Source of the DNA: Saprolegnia diclina VS20
Lineage: Eukaryota
Reading direction: 5' to 3'
NCBI RefSeq assembly: GCF_000281045.1
Contig: NW_008246193.1
Coordinates: 52,266 to 84,554, forward strand
DNA length: 32,289 nt
The notes beneath the pieces were generated by a model, which saw only the letters and a program-made list of their open reading frames with translations, did not search any database and was not told the DNA's origin. Each line of letters opens with the position of its first letter. Positions within the stretch are counted from its first letter, which is position 1. This document shows positions 11,667 through 24,383 of the stretch, in pieces. Position numbers and translations under genes: made by a program.

Positions 11667-12860
11667 ATGGCGAACCTCTGGGAACTCGGTGGCGGCGCGC
11701 GGGCGACCGATACGATCGCGCTCTCGGACGAAGAAGTCGCGCTTCTCTGCGAGATTGTCGTTGCCACACCAACCGTCGACGTCGCCGCTGTCATCAGCGC
11801 CCGCGAAGAACGCCTGCGCAAAGACCGGCTGCGCAAGCGGCGAAGCAAAGAGCGCAGCCAGCTCGAGCTCGAGCAGCTCAAGGACCACGTGACCGACCTC
11901 GAGCGCACGCTGAGCCGAAAGCGCAAGGGTGGGCGAGACTGCAACAACGGCATGTCGTGGCAGGACGCGGCTGCGACCGCCAAGGCCGATGCAAACACGG
12001 CCCTCAAGGTCCAGAAGCGGCTCCAGCACGAGCTCGTCGAGCAGCTCGAGAGAGCTGTGTCCTACTTGTCGTGGCTGCCCTCGACATCGCCGCGCGAGGT
12101 ACGACTCGTTGTGTATCCATCTTGCGCTCATCTTGCCTAGATGGCCATCCACCCCAAGACCCAGCCGTGGATGCTGCATACCCTCCAGCGCGACCCGAAG
12201 GCGCGAGCCCACGCCGCCCAGGCCATGATGGAGCACCAGCAGCGTCTCTTCACACCAAGCATGTACGGCAAGCTGCCCACGTCGCCGGCTGGCGGTCCCT
12301 TCAGCCTCGTGCTAGCCGACCACGAGGGTCGCCATCCTACATGGGACAATATTGCGTACTTGGAAATGGCCAAGTTTGGTCGGCTCCGCGCGCCATTCCG
12401 CCAAGTCGCCATGGCGTTTTGGTCCATGGTCACCAAACCGTCGTTGACGCGGCAGGTCAGGACGATGACGCGATCGCGTCACGCTCACGGTTCTCGCACG
12501 TGGTAGATGACCAACTTTGGCAACGACTTGGTGCTCGTGACGTCGCTCACGGCGGCGGGTGGCGCGGTCCGGCGGCAGGCCCTCGTCAAGCTCATCCACG
12601 AAGAGCAGCGCGTCATCTTCTTACAGCGCACCGTGTCGCATGACGAAGCGAGCCCGAGCTACGACAACGACCTGCACGTGGCAGCGTTTTGGGTCTTTGA
12701 GGCCGATCGCGACGGCGTTGCCCATGTCCGGGGGTATACGCAAGTAGGGCTCGACGATGGCGACAGTGCTGCGTACACGACCTACATGAACGAGAGCACG
12801 ATCAACAACGCGCGCCTCAACGCGCTCCTCAGCCAGTTTGACTGCCTTGTTCTAAACTAA
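11667..12860 (+). CDS. Oomycete protein with basic coiled-coil (bZIP-like) N-terminus and possible START-like C-terminal domain (M96-like), 3 exons
   Basis: Introns 12099-12140 and 12456-12506 join three ORFs in frame. REERLRKDRLRKRRSKER is followed by leucine heptads. The START-like call rests on recalled family architecture only. Confidence 0.6.
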
Positions 12861-12927
12861 CATGGTACCGACCAACGAAGCATGTATCAATGTTTTAATG
12901 TTTCAATCTGGCGACAAACTGGTCGTT

Positions 12928-15396
12928 TTACAAAAGTGACTCGTCGTCCGAGACGTCGTCGTCCGCAAACGTCATGGCGTCCGCCGACGCCATTAGCGCC
13001 GAGAGCCCCGTGAGATCTACGATACCGAAACGCATTTGAAAATGGACACATTGTCATCGAGAGGAGCGACCTTGGAGGTAGGTCTTGGACGCACAGACGG
13101 ACGCAAAGAGGCCAAAGCCATCGCGCGAGTACGCCTCTCGCACCGGCCGACTGCACGCCGTGCACTTGGGAAAAGACGGGCCTTGCACGAGCACCTAGCC
13201 CTGCATGGATACCATTGTGTACAATAGGATGCGTACTTGAGAGAACGAGTGGAGGAAACCGCGGATCTGGTGGGGCACGACGCCAAGGGCCCCGGCGCTG
13301 GCCTCGGTCGCGACAGGTGCTGCCGCGCCGAGCGGTTGGTGCAAGAGACACACGAGGAGCTCAACGGCCGTCGCGCCGGCCATGGCCGCACCACCGGGCC
13401 GCGTCACTGTGCACATTTGGTCGAGGGTTCGATCCGCAAGCGAGTCACCGGGGCTCACAATGTCGTTGCAAAAGTAACACCCGAGGTCGACCGCGTCCTA
13501 GCGACCCATGTTGACAGTCACGGGGACGCGACGGCCAACGTACCGGCACACCATGACGCATGACCAAGTACGAGTCGAAACCTATAGCGCTAACATCGAC
13601 GACAAGCCGTACATCGTATATTTGTACCCAAAGCCGCGTTGATGACGAGCTTTTGGGACGCAGCGGCCATGACGGTGGGCAACCACCGGCTCTCGCGCGA
13701 GTCGGTACCCAGGAAGACCACGTCGTGCGCGTCGATGAGCGCACGCAGCGCCTCGAACGCTTGTTCGTTGTCCTAGCGCCGCATGATTCGAATGACGTCG
13801 TACGGAAGAAGAGCGTACAGCAAGCGCCGACGGGCTGCTCATGGCGTGGCCTGCCATCGGAATCAAGAGCGTGTGGCCCTCGGCGTGAATGAGCGGGAAG
13901 ATGCGCGCGAGGGCCTTGGCGGCGGTCGCGGCCTTGGGCTTGCCCACGTCGTTGAACTCAAACAAGGGCTGGCGCACCGGGTTCGAGTGGCTCACCTAGT
14001 TGGAGCATATTGTCTGTTGTTGCAGCGAGAAGTAGAGCGTACGAGGCCATTGTCGACGAAGGTCAGGTGGCGGAACCCCCACGAAAGAAGGTTGCGGCCG
14101 ACGTGACAGCCTAGCGTGCCGGCGCCGAGCAGGAGACACTTGGTCGACGCGAGCTTGTCGAGGTCGAGCGACGGCAGCTGGCGCCAGCGCATGAGCTTGA
14201 GGTTGAGGTCTACGGACGTCTTGGCCAGCTGGAGCGGGTCCATGAGGCTGCCTAGTTGCATGCAGCGGGGTCCTTGCTTGCCCTGGACGTTGAGCTCCCA
14301 GCCGACAACCTTGTTCATCTCGGCGTCTTCGTTGGCCCACGTGACGGTTGCGATGAACGAGGCTTTGGCCACGAGCGACGCCGGCGCCGTTGTCAAGTGA
14401 TGCAGTGGATCGCGAAAGAGCAAGATCGTCGCTGATGTCTACGGCCGCAGAATCATCATGTTGGAGATGTATCGGCGGGTACTACGAACGTACGAGCGAC
14501 GGGTAATGGCAGCGGATCCATGCGAGGTAGTTGCGCAGCGGCCAGCCCGGGTGCTGGGGCAGTGCGGACGGATCGACGATGCCAAACAAAAGGTTGTCGG
14601 GCGCGGCCGGCGCCGATGCCAGCGACACCACCGTACCAGTCTCCTTGTCGAGCACAAACTGCATTGGGAAGTTGGAGTGCGTGACGCCATCGGCTTCGGT
14701 GCACGGGCGCAGGTCGATGAGCTGCTGCATGATCGACGCATGCGCCAAGGGTGCCTCGAACGTCGTCAGCGGCTGCCACGCCCTAGCCGTCACGCTGAGC
14801 TCCAGCGAATGGAGAGCAATGTGTCTTATGTACGTGACGCGGTACGGCGACGGAGGCACGAGCGCTGGAAAGGCAAAACGGTACCAAAACGTGTGCGACT
14901 TGAGGTCGGCAAACGTCACCAGCACAAAGCACTGCATCTTTTCGGCGTCACCCGCAATCGACGACGCGACCTAGCAGGAAGGGCCGTCGTTCCTAGGCTG
15001 CTGCAAGCAGTATGGTGAGCGGCGTACCGAGGCCCGCGCGTCGTCGAGCAGCGCCGCCTTGTCGATGGTCTTGAAGGCGTCGAGCGTGTTGGTGTTGACG
15101 AGCACGCCTGGAAGGCGCCACTCGCGCTTGGCGCGGTCGGGCGACTGCGTCGGATCGTAGCCAAAGGCCGTGTCGTCGACAATGAAGCGGGCGGGCACGT
15201 CGGCGTGCGGCGAGAGCTCAAAGAAGCCGGAAATGTCCTGGCAAGAGAGACTGGAGGCGAGCGCAGCAGAGGCAGCGCGTACCTGGCGCGCGTCGCTGAG
15301 CTGGAACGTGTTGAGCTTGAGCTCTGCGAGCTTCTGGAAGAAGGACACGTGCGGTGAGCTCGTAAAGGGCTGGAACTGGAGCATGGGCGCAGCCAT
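12928..15396 (-). CDS. ATG7: Ubiquitin-like modifier-activating enzyme ATG7 (autophagy E1), multi-exon
   Basis: Diagnostic blocks: LQFQPF...[102 protein letters not shown], catalytic [14 protein letters not shown] and VPHQIRG. An acidic tail ends at the stop 12928-12930. Confidence 0.96.
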
Positions 15397-16075
15397 TGTC
15401 GCGAAGTTGTTTTTGCGATCTGCCAGCAGGCCGGATTCAATCGTCCTAATTAGGCAAATCCGGCCAAATAGACAAGGAAAACAAGGCAAGATTCGGCGAT
15501 GACTAAAATCACGCAACGGTTTTCGCTCCACCATCGATGCATCGGCAGTGCGCTTTCTGGTCAACACCTGTACAGTCGTCGACACTGAGATAGGATATGA
15601 TCGTGTGCATGACAACAGTGTACGATTGCTAGTACTGGAAGATGCGCTCGTGCTTGGGCGACGGAATGTGTGCTTCTCGCTCTCACTGCGGCTAGGGTTG
15701 CCGACCGGAACGCAACGACGCGCTGCCACGTCAGTTGCCAGGATGCAGCCAGAGACAACCTTGGTACCATTCCAGTGCTTGCACGTGTGGAATGTGACGT
15801 GTTTGCTTGCACGAGTGAGATGACTTGCATGTCGAGTGGCTAGCTGTATTCAGCTGTTCATCGATTGACCGCAGTATACTGCTTCGGACTCTACCTCAAG
15901 GTTGTTTGTTTTATCGGCTCTCTCTAGGTTGTCTCTCACCTCTTGAAGACTCCATAGTCGCTGCTGCGGAAAGTGCTGGTCCAAGATGCGCGTTCGGAAG
16001 GACAGTTGAAATGTTCGAGATCCCAAACGTTGGACGTTCCGTTGACGTCGGCTCAAGAATCCTATTTGCAGTGCC

Positions 16076-16739
16076 ATGCGACAGACGCTACTGCTCCTTG
16101 CGGCAGGGTCCGTTGCTGTCGTCCGTGGCTTCCTCGTGCCGCTGCCCGCCACCGCGCCTCCGTGGACGCCCCCATCGGCGTTGCCGCCCTGTGAGACGCG
16201 CAGCGCACTAACGATTCAATACGGCAACGTGGTCGTCGGGCGCGCATCAGAAATGCCTTACGTGCCCAAGCAACAGGTGTCGCCTCTCTCGCCATCCCCG
16301 CCCGAGTGTTTTCACACGACCGCGTAGGCCGAAGACGCACCAGAGTACACGGTCACCGGCGATGGCTGGTTCAACGTCATGATGGTCGACATTGATGCGC
16401 CGAGCCCTGCGAATGCATCCCATGCACCGTTCCTGCACTACCTCTTGGCCAACGTCGCCGCGTCGAAGGAGACGCCGACGATTGTCACGTCGTACTACCC
16501 GGTGCTGCCGCCGACGGGTGCACCCCGTCCACTCGTTTCTCTTGACAATAACGAGTTTGGATGGCGTAGGAACCCACCGCTACGTGACGCTCTTGCTCGA
16601 GCAGCGGCGCTATGCGGCCCACGCCGAGTTCAGCTTTTACCTCGAGTCGTCGCATCGGAGCAACTTTGACATGGCCGGCTACGTCACGCAGCACCACTTG
16701 TGCGTCGCCGACACCCATGTCTTTACATCATTGCCATAA
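16076..16739 (+). CDS. Secreted phosphatidylethanolamine-binding protein (PEBP family), 3 exons
   Basis: Signal-peptide-like N-terminus, MMVDIDAPSP (DPDAP-like motif), FLHYLLAN and PPTGTHRYV after splicing two ~51-nt introns. Confidence 0.85.
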
Positions 16740-17450
16740 CCTCATGAGCATCTCCTCACGTTCTGCTTGGCAAAGCGAGATAGAAGAAGGCAGTGTATAT
16801 CTTTTTCAATGATGTGAAATCATCCTCCCCCGAAATCCCCAACTCCGTAATCCAGTCTAAATCCGGTCGTGATGGTCCTACTGTGATTTACCCCCCGCCG
16901 CAAGGGGTGTTGGACCTTTTCTTCTTGGTCAAATGAAAGGAGTCTTCTCCACGTGGCAGGAGCAGCGTCCCGGACAACGTCGCCTGCAATATACCTTCTC
17001 GGCCTTTTGGCTAAGATCAAGTGTAGCAAACAGCAATTTTCACATTTTGCGTATCAGGCATGCAGCAATTCTGCAATGTTCGAAAACAGTGTATCAGTGT
17101 ATCTGAAACGACATGGAGTCGCTCTTCCAAGTCGCTCCAGCCCACCGCCCCTATCCCTTCGTTGAACACGTCCGAGGTACTATTCTGCGGCTTCTCTCGG
17201 CGCACTCTGCACAAGAGACATCCTCGAATTTGTAGTGCAATCGAAACGCGATGTAAATGCTGTTGGAGACACTGTTTGAGACACTGGGCCGTTGACAGAA
17301 ATGGACCAATCATGTGCGAAACAGCTGCGGATTTCAGCCAATCCGACGCGGCCGTTGCAGTATTAATAGCGGCAAGATGGGGACCCAAGCTGAAGCTGGC
17401 CAAGCGCTCCTCACTTTAGTACGCGACGTCCTCTGCTTAGCTCCTTGACC

Positions 17451-18600
17451 ATGGCCGCCCCTTCGAGCCTCACGCTGCAGCAGACCGCGCCGTCGGTCCG
17501 CGACTTCAACAGCCCGCGCCACGGCAAGGCGCCGGCGCCTGCCTGTACGCATGCCATGGAGATGATCCCGAGCTCATGAACTCTGTAGCCTTCCAGACCG
17601 TCGTCTTCTCGCGCAAGACGACGTCGCATGGCCCGGACGGCGAGATCACCGAGGCCTTCAAGAAGCAGCAGCGCGCGGCCGAGCCACCGTCGCCGCTGGC
17701 AAGCCTCGTGCACCAGACCGACCGCCACGGCAAGCACACGTCGTCGCACCACGTCGACACCAAGGTGCGCCCAACGGCCGCGGGCCAAAGCGGCGGTATC
17801 TCGAAGCTGTTTGCCAACATTTGCTCGGCGCTGGGCTTGCCCGAGCAGCAGCAGCAGCTCCAGGCACAGATGCTCAAGAAGCAGGCGCACCAGGTCGAGA
17901 AGAGCCACGAGACGCGCCAGAGCATCGAAGTGCGCAAGATCATGTCGACGCCGTTCCCGGGCGACGAAGGCAAAAAGTGCTTGGTGCTCGACCTGGACGA
18001 GACGCTCGTGCACAGCTCGTTCAAGGTCCACCAGTTTCTCTTCTCTGTCGAGAGATTGGCATGGATTGATGATCGACTCTGTGCTAGCCGATCCACAACC
18101 CCGACTACATCATTCCTGTCGAGATCGAAGGCCACGTGCACCAGGTCTACGTCCTCAAGCGGCCCGGCGTCGACGAGTTTATGCGGGTGCTCGCAGAACA
18201 CTACGAGATTGTCGTGTATACGGCAAGCTTGAGCAAGGTACGTGGTCGAAGACCTATGGGTCGTGCTCATCATACGCGGTGTCTCTAGTACGCGGACCCG
18301 CTCTTGGACCAGCTCGACATCCACAACGTCATTCGCTTCCGCCTCTTCCGCGAGCACTGCGTGCACTACGAAGGCAGCTACGTCAAGGACCTCTCGCTGA
18401 TTGACCGCGACATTACGCAAAGCGTCATTATCGACAACTCGCCCATGAGTTACCTCTTCCACCCGCGCAATGCGATCGGGTGCTCGTCGTTTATCGACGA
18501 CCTCGACGACCGCGAGCTCGATTCGATCTCGGCGTTCTTGACCGAGATCCGCAGCGTCGACGACGTCCGCAACCATCTGCACCGCTGGAGTCCGCAGTAG
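17451..18600 (+). CDS. CTD small phosphatase / NLI-interacting factor (FCP/SCP HAD family), 4 exons
   Basis: [17 protein letters not shown] (DxDxT), [43 protein letters not shown] and IIDNSPMSY. Confidence 0.93.
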
Positions 18601-19286
18601 ACGACGATCACGGTGTGACGACGATCCCCAACCCTAGAAACAAGTAGTCGTCCACGATTAGTAGATTTATCCTAGCTAGGCTTTTTGAATTCAGTTATTT
18701 CAATCGTCTCAGTCGATTCTCGTCAAATGTGCAACCGGCGATCCAGTCGTCAGCGACTAACGTTTTTAGAAGGGCAACTACGGATTACTAGATTACTAGA
18801 GTTGTGTCTTCAATCTGACGTCGAGCATGGCGATGGTGTACGCGTCATCGGTGATGGTTTGCCACAGGCAACCAATCGATCCGACCAAAGTTCTAGAAAT
18901 CTCGGCGCCGTTCTCGAACTTGTCTCGAAATTCGATGCCGAATGTGTCCCTTTCTCTCCGATGAAGCTGTGCTGTCACTTTGAAATTTACTACAAATACA
19001 CTCTCAGACATCAAGCGCAGCATGAGCCCGATCAAGAAGCACACGTCCAACGACCCACACCTCGTGTCGAGCAGCTCCAAGTCCTGCTTTCGTTCGTGGA
19101 AGCGGCGAGCGTACCAAACGATTGAGCTCGGGCCCGTCAAGCGCTTGGGCGTCTACCTGAGTGGCCGACGGCAGGTTTCACTGACTCACGAGCACGATGC
19201 AACAGCGTTTGAGCACGAGAAGGGACATTGATTCTACATTTGCTCACGAGCCCCGCGCCGCCGCCTGCGCAGCCACGGACTGACGA

Positions 19287-19535
19287 GCGAATGAAGAAGA
19301 AGGAGATTGCTGTCTCTCCGAATGCGAAGTCTTTGTGTAAGTACAAAGATAACGCAAAACATGTTCATATATATATATATATTTGCTAACGAGTACGTGT
19401 TCCCACTGCGTTGCCTGACTCAGATTGCTATGCAATTTCAATATATATATATATGAACGTGTTTCGCGTTATCTTCATAGTTACACAAAGACTTCGCATA
19501 CGTAGAGACTAGCAATCTCCTTCTTCTTCATTCGC
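19287..19535. repeat. Long inverted repeat (hairpin): ~95-bp arms, (AT)n inner ends, ~60-nt spacer
   Basis: 19287-19380 is the reverse complement of 19441-19535 with 7 mismatches and 1 indel by hand alignment. Confidence 0.95.
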
Positions 19536-19790
19536 AATCTCAGTATTACCGAAACCAAGGGGCGACTCTGCAAGGCACATGGGATATTGTGGTGACGTGG
19601 CACCCGGACGGCTCACCTTCGTGTTACCATTTCCATTCGACCTAGCGTCGCTGCCTTGACGACGCCGACGGGAACGCGGGCGGCTCGTCCTTATGCAAAT
19701 GCACGTGGTATGACGCTTGGATCTGGTCAAAAGGCGTGGCTGGACCGATGCATTTGTCGTCTCGCTGCCCCCCCCCCGCTTGATAATATT

Positions 19791-21665
19791 TCAGCGACAC
19801 CCGGGGGCCCACGGGCTTTGATCTTTGTACAGCTGACTGCGCGGCAGGTAGTACGACGTGCGCGTGATGCGACCATCCTTCATCTCGAGGACGCGGATCG
19901 TTTGCGAATCGTTGGTGCGCCAGCGCTGGATCCAGTGTGGAAGCAGCGCGTGGGCAAGTGTGTACGGGACGTTGTTGACGCGCGTTATGTACAAATTGGA
20001 AACGCGCAGCATGTTTTTCATGAGCAAAATGCCAGAGTCGACAATGACGTGGCGTCCGTCGCGCGTGACGCAGCCCCGGCAAGTCTTAGCGATCGCGCGC
20101 AAGTCGACAATCTCGAGGTACGTCAGAAGCGAGTTGTCAGGGTGGACGCGCACCTCGTCGAGACGACTTCGCATGTCGAGATAGATCACGCCAATCGCAA
20201 GTCCAATCACGCCGCTGGCGACGACCGCCGAGAGGTACCACGTGTGCGCTATGCGACTGTAGCGGAAGCAGTTGGTCGACATGGGCAATGTACACGTCGC
20301 TGCCAGTGGATCCTGTTGATACGGAAACACAAAGCGTTCAAGTACAAAGATAAGAGCCCAGTTGAGGACGCTAAATGCGCCAAGAAGCCATGTTTGGGTC
20401 ACGATACGGGGGGTAAACCACAGCTGCACGAATTTGCCCGTGACGATTCCCGCGACCGACGCCGCTTGCATCGGACCACAGAGCGCGAGAAGCCTCGGCC
20501 AGAGCGTCGGCGCAATGGCATTTTGAACCAAAAAGGTCGTGACCACTTGAATGTTGTCGTTGCCATAGACTGTCATACCGACAAGTGCCAGTCCGAGCAC
20601 GCTTTTTGACATGTAGACGGGCGCGACACAAATGACGCTGTGCCGGAGATAGAGCCATTGGAGAAGACTGCAGTAGAAGAGCATGCACCACAGAATGACC
20701 GCGTTCGTCAGCATGAGCGAATTGCAGGTCCAGAAGAGCGTCATGTTGCCGCTGAGCGTGAGCCGCCAACCGAGCTGCGACGTCATATCATACAACGAGC
20801 AGTCCGAGACAGCAAATAGGTCGAATGGTGCCGTGTGTTGAAGGACACCACCTTGAAACTCATCGACCGACGGCACGGTCGAGAGATGGACGGGTCCGTC
20901 GTTGCCGCCCGTTAGCAGCGCGCTGTGCCCAGCGTTGAGAATAATATCGGACCGAGCCACCTGCCCCAAGAACGTCACATGGCCGTGGTTCATACTGTAG
21001 AGCCTCGTGCTACTGTTCATCGGGCCACTGTTTTCACACACCCAGTTAGGATCCCGCGGCCGGATGGCGCAAAAGGCGAGGCTGTCGACGCTGCTCGCAT
21101 TGGTCCCGAGGTACGTGTAGTTGGCGCGTCGCAGAATGCAAACAATCGCGTCGTCTGCCACAGAGAACTGCGCGAGCGCCTTGTTCCAGCCGCTGAGATT
21201 GTTGATGTGATCAATGCGCACCAGATGTGGTCGAGGCGTTGACCACAAATCGACGAATGCCGCCCCAAGAATGCTCCACACCGCGATGGTCAGGGGCATA
21301 TAAGCGTCCGCGCAGACGCGGTCTTTGAACCCGCACCGGGCGTACACGAGCGCACTGAACGAGAGCGTTTGATTTTGCGGTAGATCGAATGTCGACATAG
21401 TCGTCTGACCCCGCAGAAGCGTGTGCACGGGGACACTCCACGCCGGCGAGTCGAGTTCGTGCGAGAGAAGCCCGAATGGCGTCCAGACGTTGGCGATGCT
21501 TTGGAGCGTATACGTGCAAAGCACCACGATGGAGGCCAAAACAAAGTAGAAGAGACCGAGGACGAAGCCAGCGCCAAAGCTCGGAACTGGCGACAAGTGG
21601 CGTAGCGCCGGCCCGAAGAGCGATACCGTGCGCGCCAAGAAAAGCGGCGCCGGGGCCACGCGCAT
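19791..21665 (-). CDS. Uncharacterised multi-pass membrane protein, paralog 1
   Basis: Intronless ORF open to 21800; likely start MRVAPAP at 21665 or MTQWSS nearby. Layout is one N-terminal TM, a Cys-containing ectodomain, about 6 more TMs and a cytoplasmic tail. Confidence 0.85.
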   Translation of the reverse strand: MRVAPAPLFLARTVSLFGPALRHLSPVPSFGAGFVLGLFYFVLASIVVLCTYTLQSIANVWTPFGLLSHELDSPAWSVPVHTLLRGQTTMSTFDLPQNQTLSFSALVYARCGFKDRVCADAYMPLTIAVWSILGAAFVDLWSTPRPHLVRIDHINNLSGWNKALAQFSVADDAIVCILRRANYTYLGTNASSVDSLAFCAIRPRDPNWVCENSGPMNSSTRLYSMNHGHVTFLGQVARSDIILNAGHSALLTGGNDGPVHLSTVPSVDEFQGGVLQHTAPFDLFAVSDCSLYDMTSQLGWRLTLSGNMTLFWTCNSLMLTNAVILWCMLFYCSLLQWLYLRHSVICVAPVYMSKSVLGLALVGMTVYGNDNIQVVTTFLVQNAIAPTLWPRLLALCGPMQAASVAGIVTGKFVQLWFTPRIVTQTWLLGAFSVLNWALIFVLERFVFPYQQDPLAATCTLPMSTNCFRYSRIAHTWYLSAVVASGVIGLAIGVIYLDMRSRLDEVRVHPDNSLLTYLEIVDLRAIAKTCRGCVTRDGRHVIVDSGILLMKNMLRVSNLYITRVNNVPYTLAHALLPHWIQRWRTNDSQTIRVLEMKDGRITRTSYYLPRSQLYKDQSPWAPGCR

Positions 21666-21862
21666 GAGAAGCCGTTGTGATGACCACTGCGTCATAAATA
21701 GACGTTCTGACGTGGCAGCACGAGGTCGCACGAGACCCTGACGCGTTCTCCAAGCCACTGCCGACACAAATGTCAATCTCGCCATCGAATCCCTCGACAT
21801 GGCCCTTTATGAGTCTAGTTGGGGAGCTAATACGCGTTGCAGTTATAGTCTTTTACTATTTC

Positions 21863-24383
21863 TTACGCGGGTGGCAAGTCCTGTGTATATTGGTCCACTT
21901 GGGCAAGAAAGGCGTCGAGTTTGGCGTCCTACGCATCGATATATCCCTGCAACTCATTAAATTGAGAAAGCAACCGGCTTGAAGAGACTTGACGCGAGGA
22001 GCTGCTGTGTCTTGTCGTGCTCGGTCTGGTGCCACTGCTGCAAAAGGTGTTGGATCTCGCTCTGGTGGTCCTCCTTGAGGCGCTGGGCTTCGATCGCCAG
22101 CGCGTCCCGCTCCTTGAGTGCCACCTTGTAGCGCTCGTGGACCTCGAGACACTTTTGCTTGTACGCGTCTCGTTTCTACTGCAGGGGGTGACCCCATGTA
22201 TCTATACGTCATAATGCACCTTTTCTGCCTTGTGGAGGGCGTGGCTGAGCTTGGAGACGTTGGACTTCAAGTCGTGCTGCAGACTTCGGCGTGCCGAGAG
22301 GGCCGCAGCCACCGACTCGTCGAGCTGCTGCTGGAGTTGCTGCTGGACGCGGCTGCAGTGCTCCTTTTCATTCTGCATCGTCTTGGTGAGCTGGCTCACG
22401 TCGTCTTCGAGGTACTCGATCTACACCACAAGTTATCCATTCATCTTGTCCGATGATGTATCGTACCTTGGCTTTGTACTGCTCGAGGATACTTTGAAGC
22501 TCCTGTTGGGTCTCCAAAGCGTCGCTATATAGAACATAGCAACCTAAACGATCATATCTCGCATCGATCTACCGATGCTTGGCTTGCAGCGCTCGGTACT
22601 CTTGCTCCATTTCCTTGTGCTGGGCCCGCCACGTGAGTGTTTCTGCCTTGAGTTTGGCCACCTGCACGTCCTTCGTTTCGTATCCCGTGGCAGGACGTGC
22701 ATACCAGTTCTTGGTTGGTGTTGTACTTGAGCTGCAGCGACTCCTTCTCGCCTTGAACTCGCTGGCACTTGAGTTGTTCTTGCTCGAGATCAAGTACGAG
22801 CCTTTGTCCCCGGGTTTCGAGGTCCTCCTGCAGCTTGGCGACCTCGAGGTTGCGCTCACTGAGCTATGCATCTCGTCGGACCAACTCGATGAAATAGGCG
22901 CCTAACCTTGGCCTCGAGCTGGCTCAAGGACTCGGCTAAATGCGTGTGGTCATTGCTCATGACCAGTTGCTGCCGCGCCGACTCGATCTGCCACTCCTTT
23001 TCGCGTTTGGCGTACGCGGCCTCGAGCTGGTCGAGCGCCTGCTGCACGTGATGTATCTTGTCGAGGTACTGGGTTTCCTTCTCCTTGAACTGAGTCGTTT
23101 CGTGCTCGACGTCGACCCGGAGCTCGCGGAGCCTATGTCCCATTGTCATGTCTGAGGTGTGGAATTTGGCGAGTGGACTTTGTGTTGTAGAGCGTTTGGT
23201 TGTCCAGCAGGGCAAGGTCTTTTTGCTTGAGCTGATCACGCACCCGCGTGGCGTCGTCGTGAGCGTCCCGCAGCTTCTTTTGCAGCTCATCGCGCTGGAC
23301 AGCGCATTTCTCAAGCTCGTCGGTTTGCCGTTGGTTCTAATACCGAGACCGTGGGTTCGATTCTGTGCACGAGGTTTGTACCTGGCGCGTCAACGACTTG
23401 AGCTCGAGCTCGAGGTTCGTGCGTGCAAGCGTCGCGTCGGCGATCGACGCGTGGAGCTTGGTGGCTTGCACCTCGGACGAATGAAAGAGGTCTTGTTTCG
23501 CGGTGCGGAGGTGCTAATGTGCGTAGGGTTAGTCAACAGATCCGGTACAAAGAGGTACTTCGAGTTCGACACGCAACTTTTGGTTCTCGAGCAAAATGGT
23601 CTCGCGCTCTTGGTCCAACTTGCGCACGCGCTCGACCATGGTCATGTCCTCAGCTTTCTCTTCGGCAACCTCGAGCTTGCGCTTGAGATCCTGCGTCAGA
23701 ATGGTGTGCGTCGCCATCAAGCTCTCGAGCTCGCTGCCCTAGCTCCCATGATGCTACATACGACGCCGTGCGCCATCGCCATACATGCTGCACGAGTATC
23801 TGCTCGTGCTCGGTCTTGAGGATCTCGTAGTCGCGCCGGGCGTGGAAGAACATGTCTCGGAACTTTTCAATGTCCATCTGCAGGCTTTGCACCTGCGTCG
23901 CCAGTATGAGCGCCAAATAGCGAGGAATCGCGGTACCCGTTGGCGGTGCGGCAGCTCGACTTCGTCTTGGATCTTCATGCGCAGCTGGTCGAGGTCTTTG
24001 GGCGGCGCGAGGCTCTTCTGCAGCGCGTCAAACTCGCGCGCTTTGGCTTCGAGCTGCTGCTTCCACTTGTGCATGAGCTGCTCGTGCTTGCGGTCGGACG
24101 CGACCTTGTGCTCGGTCTCGTTGAGCAAGATGGCATGCATCTTGTCGCACTTGTCTTCGGCGCGCTCGAGCTCGTGCTTGAGCTACGGCGAGCGTGACGC
24201 GCTGGCAGCGCCTTGGAGCTACAATACCTTGTCGCTGAGCTCTTGTAGGCCGTCGCGCTCCGCCTTGAGCGACTGGCTCATGGCCACCGTCTTGTGCAAG
24301 TCCGTGTTGAGCTGCACGACTTGCTGCAGAAGGTACTCGTACCGGCCCGGCGCGGCCGCCGGCTCGGCCATGGTCGTCGCCAT
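21863..24383 (-). CDS. CEP83: CEP83/CCDC41-like centriolar distal-appendage coiled-coil protein, multi-exon
   Basis: Long spliced coiled-coil protein. The segment DLDQLRMKIQDEVELPHRQRVQSLQMDIEKFRDMFFHARRDYEILKTEHE resembles the conserved CEP83 block. The stop is 21863 if the last 46-nt intron is spliced, otherwise 21957. Confidence 0.65.

Noticed and set aside
17506..18582. Long antisense and alternate-frame ORFs (also 11450-12643, 19656-20609, 23148-23819, 23785-24543)
   Set aside because: They are shadows of GC3-rich real genes on another strand or frame and have no recognisable motifs.
19287..19535. Hairpin as a confident MITE or DNA transposon
   Set aside because: No target-site duplication, fuzzy ends and no transposase in the window. 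It cannot be excluded without a genome-wide copy count.
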